Shown piece by piece: positions 63,737 to 64,000 of a DNA stretch of 64,000 nucleotides. This stretch comes from Marsupella aquatica. Its lineage: Eukaryota; Plantae; Marchantiophyta. The stretch lies in the NCBI GenBank assembly GCA_973895155.1, contig OZ316894.1:14808599-14872598 (forward strand), given 5' to 3'. The position numbers and the translations under genes were made by a program. Position 1 is the stretch's first letter; each line of letters starts with the position of its first letter. The notes below the pieces were generated by a model. That model did not search any database and had not been told where the DNA came from. It saw only the letters and a program-made list of their open reading frames with translations.

Positions 63737-64000
63737 TTGTCCTCTTCTGAGCAATCTCTTTTGGTTGCTCTTTTCTTTGATTGCATTGTACTTTACTTTT
63801 TGTGGCAGCTCCTTTGACTTTCATGGTCCCGGAGCTTATAATACATTACCATTACCATTACCATTACCAGTATAGACTAAGCTCACACCACCTTGAAGTA
63901 GAACAAGGGAGATGGAAGGATATTGACAGGAAAAAGAGGGTTTGTCAACTATGTGATAGCTCTAGTATAGAGAATGAATATCATGTATTCATTGCTTGCA

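Larger units (their letters stand above)
58787..64000 (+). mobile_element. Near-full-length RTEX-like LINE copy 2 with internal and 3' duplications
   Basis: About 181-bp 5' UTR monomers, ORF1, APE-RT-CCHC ORF2, (CATTAC)n tail at 63844-63869; 603-bp duplication 60545-61147 / 61152-61754. Confidence 0.95.

Overview
Eukaryotic, transposon-saturated DNA from a non-seed land plant (the 5S rRNA copy resembles bryophyte-type 5S; lineage is an inference). No ordinary host gene is evident. Left to right: decayed Ty3/Gypsy gag-protease and pol remnants with a MITE; an intron-containing Sola2-type DDD transposase gene; a young non-autonomous Copia-like element with identical 143-bp LTRs; a full-length 5S rRNA fused to a scrambled, partly inverted RTEX-like LINE mosaic; a 4-kb solo-LTR-like insert holding an 878-codon ORF; a RING-H2 gene and a Mutator-like transposase remnant; two nested CACTA/EnSpm-like elements; and a second, near-full-length copy of the same LINE. 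Best candidate for an undescribed system: both CACTA-like elements carry the same cargo module, a conserved Cys/His-rich 150-aa ORF followed by a stand-alone EDM2-type PHD cassette. One copy starts with a histone-H3-tail-like N-terminus (MARTKHKARK), and the first element adds an intact tandem-BRCT gene and an F-box-like gene. A second strong signal is a LINE family that repeatedly switches template, captured a 5S rRNA and exists in spliced and unspliced forms. All family assignments come from motif recognition by eye; no searches were run.
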